Origin: an uncultured Actinomycetes bacterium
GTDB lineage: Bacteria > Actinomycetota > Acidimicrobiia > IMCC26256 > DASPTH01
Assembly (NCBI GenBank): GCA_963809795.1
Contig: CAWELN010000005.1
Location: 23,772 to 87,771, forward strand
Length of the DNA stretch: 64,000 nucleotides
Reading direction: 5' to 3'
Shown: positions 48,093-57,706 of the stretch, in pieces
How positions within the stretch are numbered: position 1 is the first letter of the stretch
Layout of the letters: the number at the start of each line of letters is the position of its first letter
Made by a program: the position numbers and the translations under genes
The notes under the pieces: model-generated
Database searches by the model: none
Told to the model about the DNA's origin: nothing
What the model saw: the letters and a program-made list of their open reading frames with translations, nothing else

Positions 48093-49056
48093 GGGCGGCC
48101 TCGCTCTGGTCGTCGGAGCTCGCGACGACGATCGACGCCGCGGCGGCCTGGGCCGCGCGCTTGTCGCGCCGTCGTTGCAGCGGCGTGTTCCCCCCGAAGA
48201 TGCCGTTCGGATTCCGGCCGATGCCGATCGCCGCGAGCCCGGTTCCCAGGTACAACAGGTCCCGCAACGCCGGGAAGTGCGACTGGATCACCGGGAAGAA
48301 GGCGAAGAGCAATCCCGCGACGAGCATGCCCGTCATCGTGCGGATGCCCCACACAACTGCGAGCAGCACCAACGTCAGGCTCAACAGGAGTTGGAAGTCG
48401 GGCTCGCCGACCAGACCCTGCTGTTGCCCGTAGAGCGCGCCTCCAAGACCGGCCAAGCCGGCCGAAATGGCGAACACCGTCAACTTCGTGGCCGTGAGGT
48501 TCATCCCGACCGTGGCCGATGCGGCCGGACTGTCGGCCAGGGCCCGAAGACGGCGTCCGTAGCGGCCGCGCCGGAGCGCGAGCAGGCCGATCGCCACGAG
48601 GGCGAAGATCACGGTCAGGAACACGAAGAACGTCTGGTCGCTGTCAAGCGAGATACCGGGTAGCTGCACCCGCCCGACATCGAGCGACCCGCTGATGCCG
48701 AACGTGTGCTCGTTCAAGAAGAACCCGGTATCCATGGCCTGCGCGAACGCGAGGGTCGCCAGCGCCAGGTAGAGCCCGCGCAGGCGCAGCGCGGGGAGCG
48801 CGATGATCGCCCCGACCGCGGCGGCCAGCCCCACGGCTGCGAGCACGCCCCACCACGATGCGCCGTTCGCCACCTGTCCCATCGCGAACGCCCCGAGACC
48901 GGCGAAGGTCATCTGGCAGAGCGAGACCTGACCTCCGTATCCAATCAGCAACACGAGTGACAGCATGATGACGCCGAGCACGACGCCGTGCGACGCGGTC
49001 TGGAGGTTCGACTTGGACAGGGTCGGGCCGATCAGGAGCGCGAGCCCCACGAGCAC
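48079..49056 (-). CDS. livM: Branched-chain amino acid ABC permease (LivM type)
   Basis: [20 protein letters not shown]. Tentative GTG start at 49056, overlapping the livH end by 25 nt. A G5 run at the junction could instead fuse it to LivH. Confidence 0.75.
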   Translation of the reverse strand: MLVGLALLIGPTLSKSNLQTASHGVVLGVIMLSLVLLIGYGGQVSLCQMTFAGLGAFAMGQVANGASWWGVLAAVGLAAAVGAIIALPALRLRGLYLALATLAFAQAMDTGFFLNEHTFGISGSLDVGRVQLPGISLDSDQTFFVFLTVIFALVAIGLLALRRGRYGRRLRALADSPAASATVGMNLTATKLTVFAISAGLAGLGGALYGQQQGLVGEPDFQLLLSLTLVLLAVVWGIRTMTGMLVAGLLFAFFPVIQSHFPALRDLLYLGTGLAAIGIGRNPNGIFGGNTPLQRRRDKRAAQAAAASIVVASSDDQSEAARAAR

Positions 49057-50018
49057 GCCCCCGCGATCAGCGATTCCCAGAGGCCCACGACGCGCGGTGC
49101 CCGCGGGGACACCGTGCGGCCGGCGATCCGGCGCTCGGGCAGGAGGATGAGCACGATGAAGAGAAACACCATCGGGACGGTCGGCTTGACCTGGCTCAGG
49201 AAGGCGCCCACCGGCAGGTACCCGACGAGGTACGCCTCCGTGAGCCCGAGTGCGATGCCGCCGATGAAGGTGAGCGGCAGGTTCCGCAATCGGCCGACCA
49301 TCGCCGCGGCGAAGCCGTTGATCACGAGCAGCGTCAGCGTCGTGGCGTCCAGGGGCGACACGATCGCGGCGAGCAGCACGCCGGCCAGGGCGGCGAGCAT
49401 CGAGCCGATCGCCCATCCGAGCTGACCGAACCGCTCGGGCGAAGCCCCGGCGAGGGCGGTCAGCTCGGGATTGTCCACCACTGCTCGCAGGGCGGTGCCG
49501 GTGCGGGTCCGGTAGAGGAAGAGCCGCAGGACGATCGCCACCGCCGCGGCGGCGGCGACGACCACGAGCTGGTGCTCGGTGACGACCACACCGAAGATCG
49601 TCACCGAGGCTCCGCGGAAGAACGGGTAGATGATGCGGGGCTTCGTCGGGTCCCACAGCACGACCGCGAGCCCCAGCAACAGCAGGAGGAGACCGAGCGT
49701 CACGGTGAGCGTGACGTCGAGCGAGGCGCCGCGGAGCGGGCGCATGAGCACCCACTCGACGGCTGCCCCGAACAGGGGCGCCATGACGAAGATCACCACG
49801 AGTGCAGCCACGGGTTGCGACAGGTGGAACGAGAGGGGCCCGATTGCGTCGGCCGACGACAGCTGCCAATACGCGAACGCCGAGACCATGCCGACCGCCC
49901 CGTGCGCGAAGTTGAAGATGCCGGTTGTCGTATAGGTCACGACAAGGCCGGCGGCCGTGATCGCGTAGATGCAACCCGCGACGATCCCCACCACGGTGTA
50001 CGCCAGGAACTGATTCAT
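49032..50018 (-). CDS. livH: Branched-chain amino acid ABC permease (LivH type)
   Basis: MNQFLAYTVVGIVAGCIYAITAAGLVVTYTTTGIFNFAHGAVGM. Confidence 0.9.
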   Translation of the reverse strand: MNQFLAYTVVGIVAGCIYAITAAGLVVTYTTTGIFNFAHGAVGMVSAFAYWQLSSADAIGPLSFHLSQPVAALVVIFVMAPLFGAAVEWVLMRPLRGASLDVTLTVTLGLLLLLLGLAVVLWDPTKPRIIYPFFRGASVTIFGVVVTEHQLVVVAAAAAVAIVLRLFLYRTRTGTALRAVVDNPELTALAGASPERFGQLGWAIGSMLAALAGVLLAAIVSPLDATTLTLLVINGFAAAMVGRLRNLPLTFIGGIALGLTEAYLVGYLPVGAFLSQVKPTVPMVFLFIVLILLPERRIAGRTVSPRAPRVVGLWESLIAGACSWGSRS

Positions 50019-50097
50019 CCGCGGCGGTCACGCTCCTTGTCGAAGGTTTGGCGGGACGCGACGCGTCGTCGCGCCCCACCCGGGCGTCGCGGTTCTT

Positions 50098-51351
50098 CTA
50101 CGACTTCGCGTAGTAGTAGCCCGTCGGCTTGCACGTGTAGCCCTTGCTCTTCGGGAGGACCCGCACGAACTTCCCGTTGTCCACCTTGAGCAGCATCCAG
50201 CACGCGGGCGGCTTCTTGTTGCCGACGTCTGCGGGCGCAACCATCCCGTTGTCGTCGAAGCTGTGGATATTCTTCAGCGCGGCGATCAGCCCTGCCCGCG
50301 TCGGGTTCTGCCCGGCCGCCTTGAGCGCATCGACGAACAGCGCCGCCGATGCCCAGCTGTACATCGCGAACAGGTCGGGCGTCACGTCCGAGTGCGTCTT
50401 CTTCATCCACGTCTGGAAGAGCTTCACCTCGGGAACGTTCTTCGCGTCCTCGCCGAGGAACATCGCGAACGGCTGGTCGGTCAGGACCCCGTTCGCCGCC
50501 GTCGGATCGGGGATGAGCTTGAAGAACGATGCGTCGTACTCGCTGTTGGTGATGACGACCTGCGGGTGGAAGTTTTGCTGCGCGGCTTCGGACAGCATCT
50601 TGGCGATGAACGAGGCGTTCTGGTTCCGCAGGTCCCAGAACTGCACGCCGAGGTTCTTCATCCGGATGATGTCGGTGGTCCAGTCCGTCTCGGTGGGTGC
50701 GACCGCGCGCTCGTAGAGGATCTTGTAGCCGAGCGATTGCTCAGCGGCCTTCTGGTTGTCCCAGGTCGTCGGCGAGGTGCTCGCGAACAGGCTGCCGACC
50801 TTCTTCACCGCATCGGGGTACTTCTGCTTGTAGTACTGGTACGGTCCCGTTCGGAAGCCGGGAGGCGCCGGCTGCGGGCTGAACCCGTTCGCTTCCTTGT
50901 TCGCGTCGTCCGACAGTAGATAGTGGACGTCTGCCACGTTCGGGTTCTGCGCGAAGACCTTCGCCCCGCAGTTGTCGAAGACGGCGAAGGATCCGACAAA
51001 GGCGAAGACGGATCCGACCAGATCCTCGGTCTGGGTCTGGTTCTGATTGCAGTTCAGGGCGTCATCCGCGCTCTTCATCACGAGCTTGCGCTTGTTCACG
51101 CCGCCGAGCGAATTGATGTACTTGAAGTACGCGTCGGTGCCGGCCTGCGATCCCTTGAACAAGCCGGGGATCGGCCCGGTCAACGTCACGACGTTCCCGA
51201 GCGTGATCTGCGTCGGCGTGATGCCGACGTCAGACGCGGTGTTCGTCTGACGCCGGACGGCGGCATCCGCACCCATCTGCGCGCTCAGCCCTACGACCAG
51301 CGCAACCACGACGGACGTCGCCGCTAGACGCCGGAACCTGATCCTTCTCAT
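50098..51351 (-). CDS. Leu/Ile/Val-type ABC substrate-binding protein
   Basis: The ATG at 51351 gives signal peptide LAATSVVVALVVGLSAQMGADA. This is a type I periplasmic binding fold sequence, paralogous to the decayed gene at 39.6 kb. Confidence 0.88.
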   Translation of the reverse strand: MRRIRFRRLAATSVVVALVVGLSAQMGADAAVRRQTNTASDVGITPTQITLGNVVTLTGPIPGLFKGSQAGTDAYFKYINSLGGVNKRKLVMKSADDALNCNQNQTQTEDLVGSVFAFVGSFAVFDNCGAKVFAQNPNVADVHYLLSDDANKEANGFSPQPAPPGFRTGPYQYYKQKYPDAVKKVGSLFASTSPTTWDNQKAAEQSLGYKILYERAVAPTETDWTTDIIRMKNLGVQFWDLRNQNASFIAKMLSEAAQQNFHPQVVITNSEYDASFFKLIPDPTAANGVLTDQPFAMFLGEDAKNVPEVKLFQTWMKKTHSDVTPDLFAMYSWASAALFVDALKAAGQNPTRAGLIAALKNIHSFDDNGMVAPADVGNKKPPACWMLLKVDNGKFVRVLPKSKGYTCKPTGYYYAKS

Positions 51352-51679
51352 CTTCTTCCCCCCGTTTTCGCTTCGTCCCAGCGTCCCGTTCTGAGTCCGT
51401 TCCCTCCGCGTCGCGTACTCGATGGGCCTCGGCACGTGCCTCATCGCCTGAGACTCCGTCCGAGAGCCCGCAACGACGGTAATACGCGAACGACATGCGC
51501 GAAAGCGCGCCATCGCGGACGCTGCCCGCAGCGTCAGCCGCTCAGGACCTCGCCGGACCCGAAAGAGAGCGATGTGATGCCGCGTGACTGATGCGGCAGG
51601 CTGCTCGGTAGAAGTCGAGGATGCCAGCGGTAGGCATCGTTCGGATTTCACGGAGCGGGTACGCTGGCGACTCCGCCGT

Positions 51680-52954
51680 ATGTCCGACCCACTCGTGATC
51701 GTCTCCGCGGACTGCCACATCGGGCCCCGCCTCGTCGAGGACCTTCGGGCCTTTTGCCCGCCCAGGCTGCTCACCGACTTCGACGCATACGCCGCGAGCG
51801 GCAGTCGTTCGCGCGGCCGCTATGTGGAGGAGGACGCGGTCCCCACGCCTCGGGAGGAGAGCATGTCGCCGTGGCGCAACCGTGCGACCGCAGGGCATCA
51901 CGACCCCGTCGCCCGCAGGCGCGACCTCGACTTCGAGGGTGTCGCCGCCGAGGTGATCTTCCACGGAAGCCAGAATGACGAGCCGGTCCCGTTCCAGACG
52001 TCGATGCTCGGACCGCCCGACGACGCGGACCTCGCGCGCGAAGGCGTCCGGATCTACAACCGCTGGCTCGCGGCCGTCTGCTCCGACGCGCCCGACCGCC
52101 ACGTCGGGCTCGCGCAGCTCCCGATCTGGGACGTCGACGCGTCGGTCGAGGAGCTGCGCTGGGCGCATGCCGCCGGGCTGAAGGGTGTGAACTTCCCCGC
52201 ACCGAGGCCGTGGGTCCGCGCCTACAACGACCGTGTGTGGGAGCCGTTCTGGGCCGCGGCCGCCGAGACAAGGATGCCGCTCTCCACACACTCGGGCGGC
52301 GGCGACGCCGGTGTGCAGACCGGGCCCGAGCTCGTGGCGCTCGTGTCGATCGAGAGCGGCGGCTGGTTCAGCCGGCGGGCCGCGCACCTCCTCGTGTTTG
52401 CCGGCGTGTTCGAGCGCCACCCCGACCTCGAGCTCGTGCTGACGGAGCAGCCCGGTATCTGGTGGCCGGGGCTGTGCAACGAGCTCGACTCGGTGCACAT
52501 CTCGATGACGTCGAGCAACGAGGCGCTCCGTGCCCAGGTGCCGCGCCGCCCGAGCGAGTACCTGCACCGCAACGTGTACATCGGCGGGAGCTTCCTCTCC
52601 CGCGCCGAGGCCGAGGCTGCGGTGGAGGGTGGCTACGCAGACCGGATCATGTGGGGCTCCGACTACCCGCACATGGAGAGCACCTTCCAGTACCCGGGCA
52701 CCGACGACTTCACCGGTGCGACGTCGTACGGGAGGCTCGCGCTCCGCTTCACGTTCGCGAGGCTCGAGGAGGGGCCGGTCCGCACGATGCTGGGGGAGAC
52801 CGCGGCGGCCGTGTACGGCCTCGACCTCGGCGCGCTCGCGCGCGTCGCCGCCGTCATCGGAGCCCCGACGTTCGAGGATGTGAGCGAACCACTCGAAGCC
52901 GTCCCCGCCGGCGCGAGCGCATTCGCCTTCAGGACCTTCGGCCCCTGGGCGTGA
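51680..52954 (+). CDS. Metal-dependent amidohydrolase (amidohydrolase-2/ACMSD-like)
   Basis: VIVSADCHIGP at the N-terminus (HxH-like metal site), then ..THSGGG.., WGSDYPHMEST. Confidence 0.8.
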   Translation: MSDPLVIVSADCHIGPRLVEDLRAFCPPRLLTDFDAYAASGSRSRGRYVEEDAVPTPREESMSPWRNRATAGHHDPVARRRDLDFEGVAAEVIFHGSQNDEPVPFQTSMLGPPDDADLAREGVRIYNRWLAAVCSDAPDRHVGLAQLPIWDVDASVEELRWAHAAGLKGVNFPAPRPWVRAYNDRVWEPFWAAAAETRMPLSTHSGGGDAGVQTGPELVALVSIESGGWFSRRAAHLLVFAGVFERHPDLELVLTEQPGIWWPGLCNELDSVHISMTSSNEALRAQVPRRPSEYLHRNVYIGGSFLSRAEAEAAVEGGYADRIMWGSDYPHMESTFQYPGTDDFTGATSYGRLALRFTFARLEEGPVRTMLGETAAAVYGLDLGALARVAAVIGAPTFEDVSEPLEAVPAGASAFAFRTFGPWA

Positions 52955-52998
52955 CGCCTGGGGTCATGCGGGGGCTCGAACGAGGCGACGACCTTGGC

Positions 52999-54369
52999 TC
53001 ACCCCAGCAGGTCGTTGAACTCCCGGCCGCCACCGAGCGCGGTCTTCCCGGCGAAGTCGTCGAGCCACTGGTGGAACGCGTCGCCGCCGGCGCGATCGGC
53101 GAGCCCGCGCGGGATGGCGGGGAACGCGTAGTCGTCGGCCGGGAGGGGCGGGTGGTCGTCGGCCGGCTTGCGCGCCAGCGCGGCCGCCACGACCGGCTCC
53201 AGGCGCGTCGCCTTCTCGCGCTGGCGGCGCTCGTCGCGCTCCATGAATTCCGGCAGCACCTTCGTGCCGAAGAGCTCGAGGCTCTCCATGATGTGCTCGT
53301 GGCGGTTCTTCCCCGCCTGGCTGCAGAAGATCACCTGGTCGACGCCGCAGTCCTCGTACCGTCGCAGGTAGTCACGGATCTGGTCGGGGGTGCCGATCGC
53401 GCCTCGCAGCCCGAAGAACCCGCCCTCCTGCACGATCTGCGCGCCGAGGCGATCGCCGTCGCGCGCCGCGGCTTCGACCGCTTCCGGCGCGTAGCCCCGC
53501 TCACCGCGCTGCGCGCGGTACTCCGACCAGACGTCGGTGCGCCCGGGGCGGTGACGACCGAACACGTAGTAGTGGGCGAGCGAGTACCCGAAGAAGTTCG
53601 CGCCCTCGAGCCCGCGCCGCAGGGCTTCCTGCTCGTCGTCGTGGCACATGAAGGTGGTGACGCACGCGACGTTGGGGTTGACCGCGTCACCGATGGGAAC
53701 GCACTCGGTGGCGAGCGTCTGGTGGTAGTCGGCCATCCAGTGGCGGGCGTCCTCGGGGTCGATGAACGCGAACGCCAGCGCACCGATCCCTTTCTGCGCC
53801 GCGAGGTGGATGGTGTCGCGGCGGCTGCACGCCACCCACACCGGTGGGTGCGGCTTCTGCACCGGCTTCGGGACGACGTTGCGCGGTGGCATGGTGACGT
53901 ACTGCCCGGCGTGACCGGTGAACGGCGTCTCGGTGAGGCAGCGGAGCGCGACCCGCAGCCCCTCCTCCCACATCGCCCGCTTGTCGAGCGGGTCGATGAG
54001 GAACCCGCCGAGCTCGGCCTCCGACGAGGACTCCCCCGAGCCGAAGTCGGCGCGGCCGTTCGACACCAGGTCGAGCATCGCCACCCGCTCCGCCACCCGC
54101 GCCGGGTGGTTGAACGGCGGCGGTGTCTGCACGATGCCGTGGCCGAGGCGGATGCGCTGGGTGCGCTGCGAGACGGCGGCGAGGAACACCTCGGGCGCGC
54201 TGGAGTGGCTGTACTCCTCGAGGAAGTGGTGCTCCACCTCCCACACGTAGTCGATGCCGAGCTGGTCGGCGAGCTCGCACTGCTCGAGCGCGTGCTGGAT
54301 CAGCGTGTGCTCGGAGTCTTCCTCCCACGGGCGTGGGAGCTGGTGCTCGTAGAAGATCCCGAACTTCAC
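52999..54369 (-). CDS. Luciferase-like monooxygenase (LLM) family oxidoreductase
   Basis: VKFGIFYEHQLPRPW...DYVWEVEHHFLEEYSHSSAPEVFL. The GTG start overlaps the DUF1385 stop. Confidence 0.85.
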   Translation of the reverse strand: MKFGIFYEHQLPRPWEEDSEHTLIQHALEQCELADQLGIDYVWEVEHHFLEEYSHSSAPEVFLAAVSQRTQRIRLGHGIVQTPPPFNHPARVAERVAMLDLVSNGRADFGSGESSSEAELGGFLIDPLDKRAMWEEGLRVALRCLTETPFTGHAGQYVTMPPRNVVPKPVQKPHPPVWVACSRRDTIHLAAQKGIGALAFAFIDPEDARHWMADYHQTLATECVPIGDAVNPNVACVTTFMCHDDEQEALRRGLEGANFFGYSLAHYYVFGRHRPGRTDVWSEYRAQRGERGYAPEAVEAAARDGDRLGAQIVQEGGFFGLRGAIGTPDQIRDYLRRYEDCGVDQVIFCSQAGKNRHEHIMESLELFGTKVLPEFMERDERRQREKATRLEPVVAAALARKPADDHPPLPADDYAFPAIPRGLADRAGGDAFHQWLDDFAGKTALGGGREFNDLLG

Positions 54370-55316
54370 GCCGGGCCGAGCGCCGGGCGCACGCCTGCAC
54401 TGCGCAGGCGCTGCGGCCGGGACTCGACCTCGGCCAGCTGCTCGGCGGTGAGCACCGCCCGCAGCGACGCCACCGCCACCTCGACCTGGTCGAGCGACGG
54501 CTGGCGGGTGGTGAGCCGCTGGAGCCACAGGCCCGGCTTCATCAGCACGCGCACCCAGGCCCAGTCCATGTGCTTGGCCGCGAAGCGGATCACCTCGTAG
54601 CTCACGCCGGCGATGATCGGCAGCAGCACGATCCGGGACAGGATGAGCAGCGCCCAGCCGGGACGGCCCACGAACGAGTACACGACGATGGTGATCACCA
54701 TCACCGTGAGCAGGAAGTTGGTGCCACAACGCACGTGCGACGTGTCGAACCGCTGCGCCGACTCGGCCGTGAGCTCGACGTCGTTCTCGTAGGCGGCGAT
54801 CGCCTTGTGCTCGGCGCCGTGGTACTGGAAGACGCGCTTGATGTCCTTCATCTGGCCGATGAGCAGGAGATAGCCGAGGAAGATCCCGAGGCGCAGCGCG
54901 CCTTCGGCGACGTGGAACCAGAAGCCGTCGAGGCCGAGGACGTCACCGAGGCCGTTGGCGGCGACGGCGGGCAGGACGATGAAGATGGCGGTGAAGAACG
55001 TGAGCGCGACCCCGATCGTCCACCCCATCGCCTTGGGGGAGATCTGCTCCTCCTCGGGGATCTGGCGGTTGGCCGACCAGGTGAGCGCCTTCATGCCCAG
55101 CGCCAGCGACTCGGCGAGCGCCATGACGCCGCGCACCAGCGGGATCTTCGCCCACTTGTCCGCCCAGGTGGGCGTCTCGTGGGTCTCGATCTCGATCTCG
55201 CCCTCGGGCGTGCGCACCGCGATGGCCCAGGTCGACGCCCCGCGCATCATCACGCCTTCGACGACCGCTTGGCCGCCCATGTAGCGCGGGCTCGACGAGG
55301 GTGCCTCCGAGCTCAT
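54366..55316 (-). CDS. DUF1385 membrane protein
   Basis: GGQAVVEGVMMRG ... FQYHGAEHKAI ... RCGTNFL are the characteristic DUF1385 blocks. Confidence 0.85.
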   Translation of the reverse strand: MSSEAPSSSPRYMGGQAVVEGVMMRGASTWAIAVRTPEGEIEIETHETPTWADKWAKIPLVRGVMALAESLALGMKALTWSANRQIPEEEQISPKAMGWTIGVALTFFTAIFIVLPAVAANGLGDVLGLDGFWFHVAEGALRLGIFLGYLLLIGQMKDIKRVFQYHGAEHKAIAAYENDVELTAESAQRFDTSHVRCGTNFLLTVMVITIVVYSFVGRPGWALLILSRIVLLPIIAGVSYEVIRFAAKHMDWAWVRVLMKPGLWLQRLTTRQPSLDQVEVAVASLRAVLTAEQLAEVESRPQRLRSAGVRPALGPA

Positions 55317-55328
55317 CGCCGGTGCGTC

Positions 55329-55553
55329 CTACTTCGCCTTGGCGCCGGCGGCCTGTGACTTCTGCATCCGGCGGTTGAAGCGCTCGACCCGGCCACCGGT
55401 GTCGACCAGCTTCTGCTTGCCGGTGTAGAAGGGGTGGCACTCCGAGCAGAGCTCGACGCGCAGCGAGGGGACGGTCGAGCGGGTGGTGAACTCGTTCCCG
55501 CAGGAGCAGTGCACCTGGCACTCGACGTAGTCGGGGTGGATTCCGGTCTTCAT
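55329..55553 (-). CDS. rpmE: 50S ribosomal protein L31 (Cys-containing, type A)
   Basis: MKTGIHPDY...CSCGNEF...[13 protein letters not shown]. Confidence 0.97.
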   Translation of the reverse strand: MKTGIHPDYVECQVHCSCGNEFTTRSTVPSLRVELCSECHPFYTGKQKLVDTGGRVERFNRRMQKSQAAGAKAK

Positions 55554-55664
55554 GATCCGTCCAGTCTAGAGGAACGTTGGCGCGCGAGTTTCACGCCCAG
55601 TGGTGGTCTCAACCCCGGCGCACCGCCATTCATGCCCGGAGGGACCGCACCTTGCGGGAGCGGG

Positions 55665-57497
55665 TCAGTTGCCGGGCGTCTTGCCGATCTCGCTCAGGAA
55701 CACGTCGTTGTCGCGGGTGGTGCGGATCTTGTCGATGAGGAGCTCGAGGCCCTTGCCCTCCTCGAGCGCGTTCAGCACCCGGCGCAGCTTCCAGACCTGC
55801 TGGAGCTGCTGACGGTCGAAGAGCAGCTCCTCGTGGCGGGTGCTCGACGCCTCGACGTCGATGGAGGGGTAGATCCGCCGCTCGGCCAGCCGCCGGTCGA
55901 GCCGCAGCTCCATGTTGCCGGTGCCCTTGAACTCCTCGAAGATGACCTCGTCCATCCGGCTGCCGGTCTCGATCAGCGCGGTGGCGATGATCGTGAGCGA
56001 TCCGCCCTCCTCCACGTTGCGCGCCGCCCCGAAGAACTTCTTCGGCGGGTACAGCGCGGTGGAGTCGACCCCGCCCGACATGATCCGGCCCGACGTGGGC
56101 GCCGAGAGGTTGTAGGCCCGGGCCAGGCGGGTGATGCCGTCGAGCACGATCACGACGTCCTTGCCCATCTCCACCAGGCGCTTGGCCCGCTCGATGGCGA
56201 GCTCCGCGACCTGGGTGTGCTCGTCGGCGGGGCGGTCGAACGTGCTGGCCACCACCTCGCCGTTGAGCACGTGGCGCTTCATGTCGGTGACCTCTTCCGG
56301 TCGCTCGTCGACGAGCAGGACCATGAGGTGCACCTCGGGGTTGTTGCGTTCGATCGCGTAGACGAGCTGCTTGAGGATCGTCGTCTTGCCCGCCTTCGGC
56401 GGCGACACGATCATCCCCCGCTGACCCTTGCCGATCGGCGAGATGAGGTCGACGATGCGGCCGGTGATCTCCTGCGGGTCGGACGGCAGCTCGAGCTTGA
56501 GCTTCGAGTCCGGGAACAGCGGCGTGAGGTCCTCGAACCGCGGTCGGACGCGGGCGTCCTCGGGCGTGAGGCCGCTGATGTCGTCGACGCGGAGGAGCGC
56601 GGGGTACTTCTCGTTGCTCGCCTGGGGGCGCGACGTGCCGGTGACGAAGTCGCCCTTGCGCAGCGCGAACCGTCGCACCTGCGACGCCGACACGTACACG
56701 TCCTTCTGCGCGGGCAGGTAGCCGCCACCGCGCAGGAAGCCGTAGCCCTCGGGGCGGAGGTCGAGCAGGCCCTCGACCGGGATCGGATCGCCCTGGAACT
56801 CGGTGGCGCGGGCGTCGCCGCCCTGCTGCTCCTGGCCGCCGCGACCGCGGCGACGGCGCCGGCCCCGGCGGTTGCCCTCGCCGAACGACTGCCGCTCGTC
56901 CTCGACGTCGACACCGTCGCTGCGACCGTCGTCGTCACGCTCGTCGGGCGCGCCGTCGTGCGCGGCGGTCGCCTCGGGCGCGGCTGCCGCGGCGGGCGCG
57001 CGCGGCGGCTCGGGCTCGTCGGCGGGCTCGTCGGCGGGTGCGGTGCGGGCCGCGACCGAGGCGTCTTCCGTGGTCGAAGCCTCCGCGGTCGACGCCTCCC
57101 GGGTCGAGTCCGTGGTGGTCGAAGCGTCGGTGGTGGAGTCGGTGGTGGTCGACGTGCTCGACCGCCGGGTCCGGGGGCGCGGCATCGGCGCGTCGTCGCC
57201 GTCACCGGCGTCGGCGCCCAGCGCGTCCTCCTCCGCCGCCAGCGCCGCGATCGGGTCGTCGGCCTGGACCTGCGAGGCGCGGGCCGAGCGCACGCGGCGC
57301 GTCGCGGGCTTCTCGGCCGCGCCGTTCGCGTCGCCGGCGTCGTTCCCACCGTTGGCGGCGTTGAGGATGGCATCGATCAGGTCGGCCTTGCGCATGCGCG
57401 TCGCGGCCTTCACCCCGATGGCACCGGCGATCGTGTGGAGCTCGTCGCGGTCCTTGCCGGCGAGCACCGACCGATCGATCTGTTGCTCCGGGCTCAT
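55665..57497 (-). CDS. rho: Transcription termination factor Rho with a ~200-aa low-complexity N-terminal insertion
   Basis: The Rho N-terminal helix bundle [10 protein letters not shown] is followed by a D/T/A/R-rich insert. Then come the CSD-like RNA-binding region GYGFLR, Walker A PPKAGKTT, and the C-terminus. Confidence 0.97.
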   Translation of the reverse strand: MSPEQQIDRSVLAGKDRDELHTIAGAIGVKAATRMRKADLIDAILNAANGGNDAGDANGAAEKPATRRVRSARASQVQADDPIAALAAEEDALGADAGDGDDAPMPRPRTRRSSTSTTTDSTTDASTTTDSTREASTAEASTTEDASVAARTAPADEPADEPEPPRAPAAAAAPEATAAHDGAPDERDDDGRSDGVDVEDERQSFGEGNRRGRRRRRGRGGQEQQGGDARATEFQGDPIPVEGLLDLRPEGYGFLRGGGYLPAQKDVYVSASQVRRFALRKGDFVTGTSRPQASNEKYPALLRVDDISGLTPEDARVRPRFEDLTPLFPDSKLKLELPSDPQEITGRIVDLISPIGKGQRGMIVSPPKAGKTTILKQLVYAIERNNPEVHLMVLLVDERPEEVTDMKRHVLNGEVVASTFDRPADEHTQVAELAIERAKRLVEMGKDVVIVLDGITRLARAYNLSAPTSGRIMSGGVDSTALYPPKKFFGAARNVEEGGSLTIIATALIETGSRMDEVIFEEFKGTGNMELRLDRRLAERRIYPSIDVEASSTRHEELLFDRQQLQQVWKLRRVLNALEEGKGLELLIDKIRTTRDNDVFLSEIGKTPGN

Positions 57498-57706
57498 TCG
57501 CTCTCTCCCTCGACCCGACGGGCGACGGCGCGATCACGCCGCGACGTTCGACGGGCACGGTTGTCAGACCTCGACAGATCGGGGCTCCTGCCGGGGTTAC
57601 GCGGAACACCTGAAACCGGGATCGTCACCCGGGGATGGGCGAAGAATCGACCGGCGGCGCCGACAACTGTACCGCCCGGGGATGGCCCGGGCAAGCATCG
57701 GGCGGG

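Noticed and set aside
50098-51351. Lower GC of the substrate-binding protein gene as evidence of horizontal transfer
   Set aside because: Third codon positions remain G/C-rich (AAG, TTC, AAC, TAC). The lower overall GC follows from the Lys/Asn/Phe/Tyr-rich composition typical of binding proteins.
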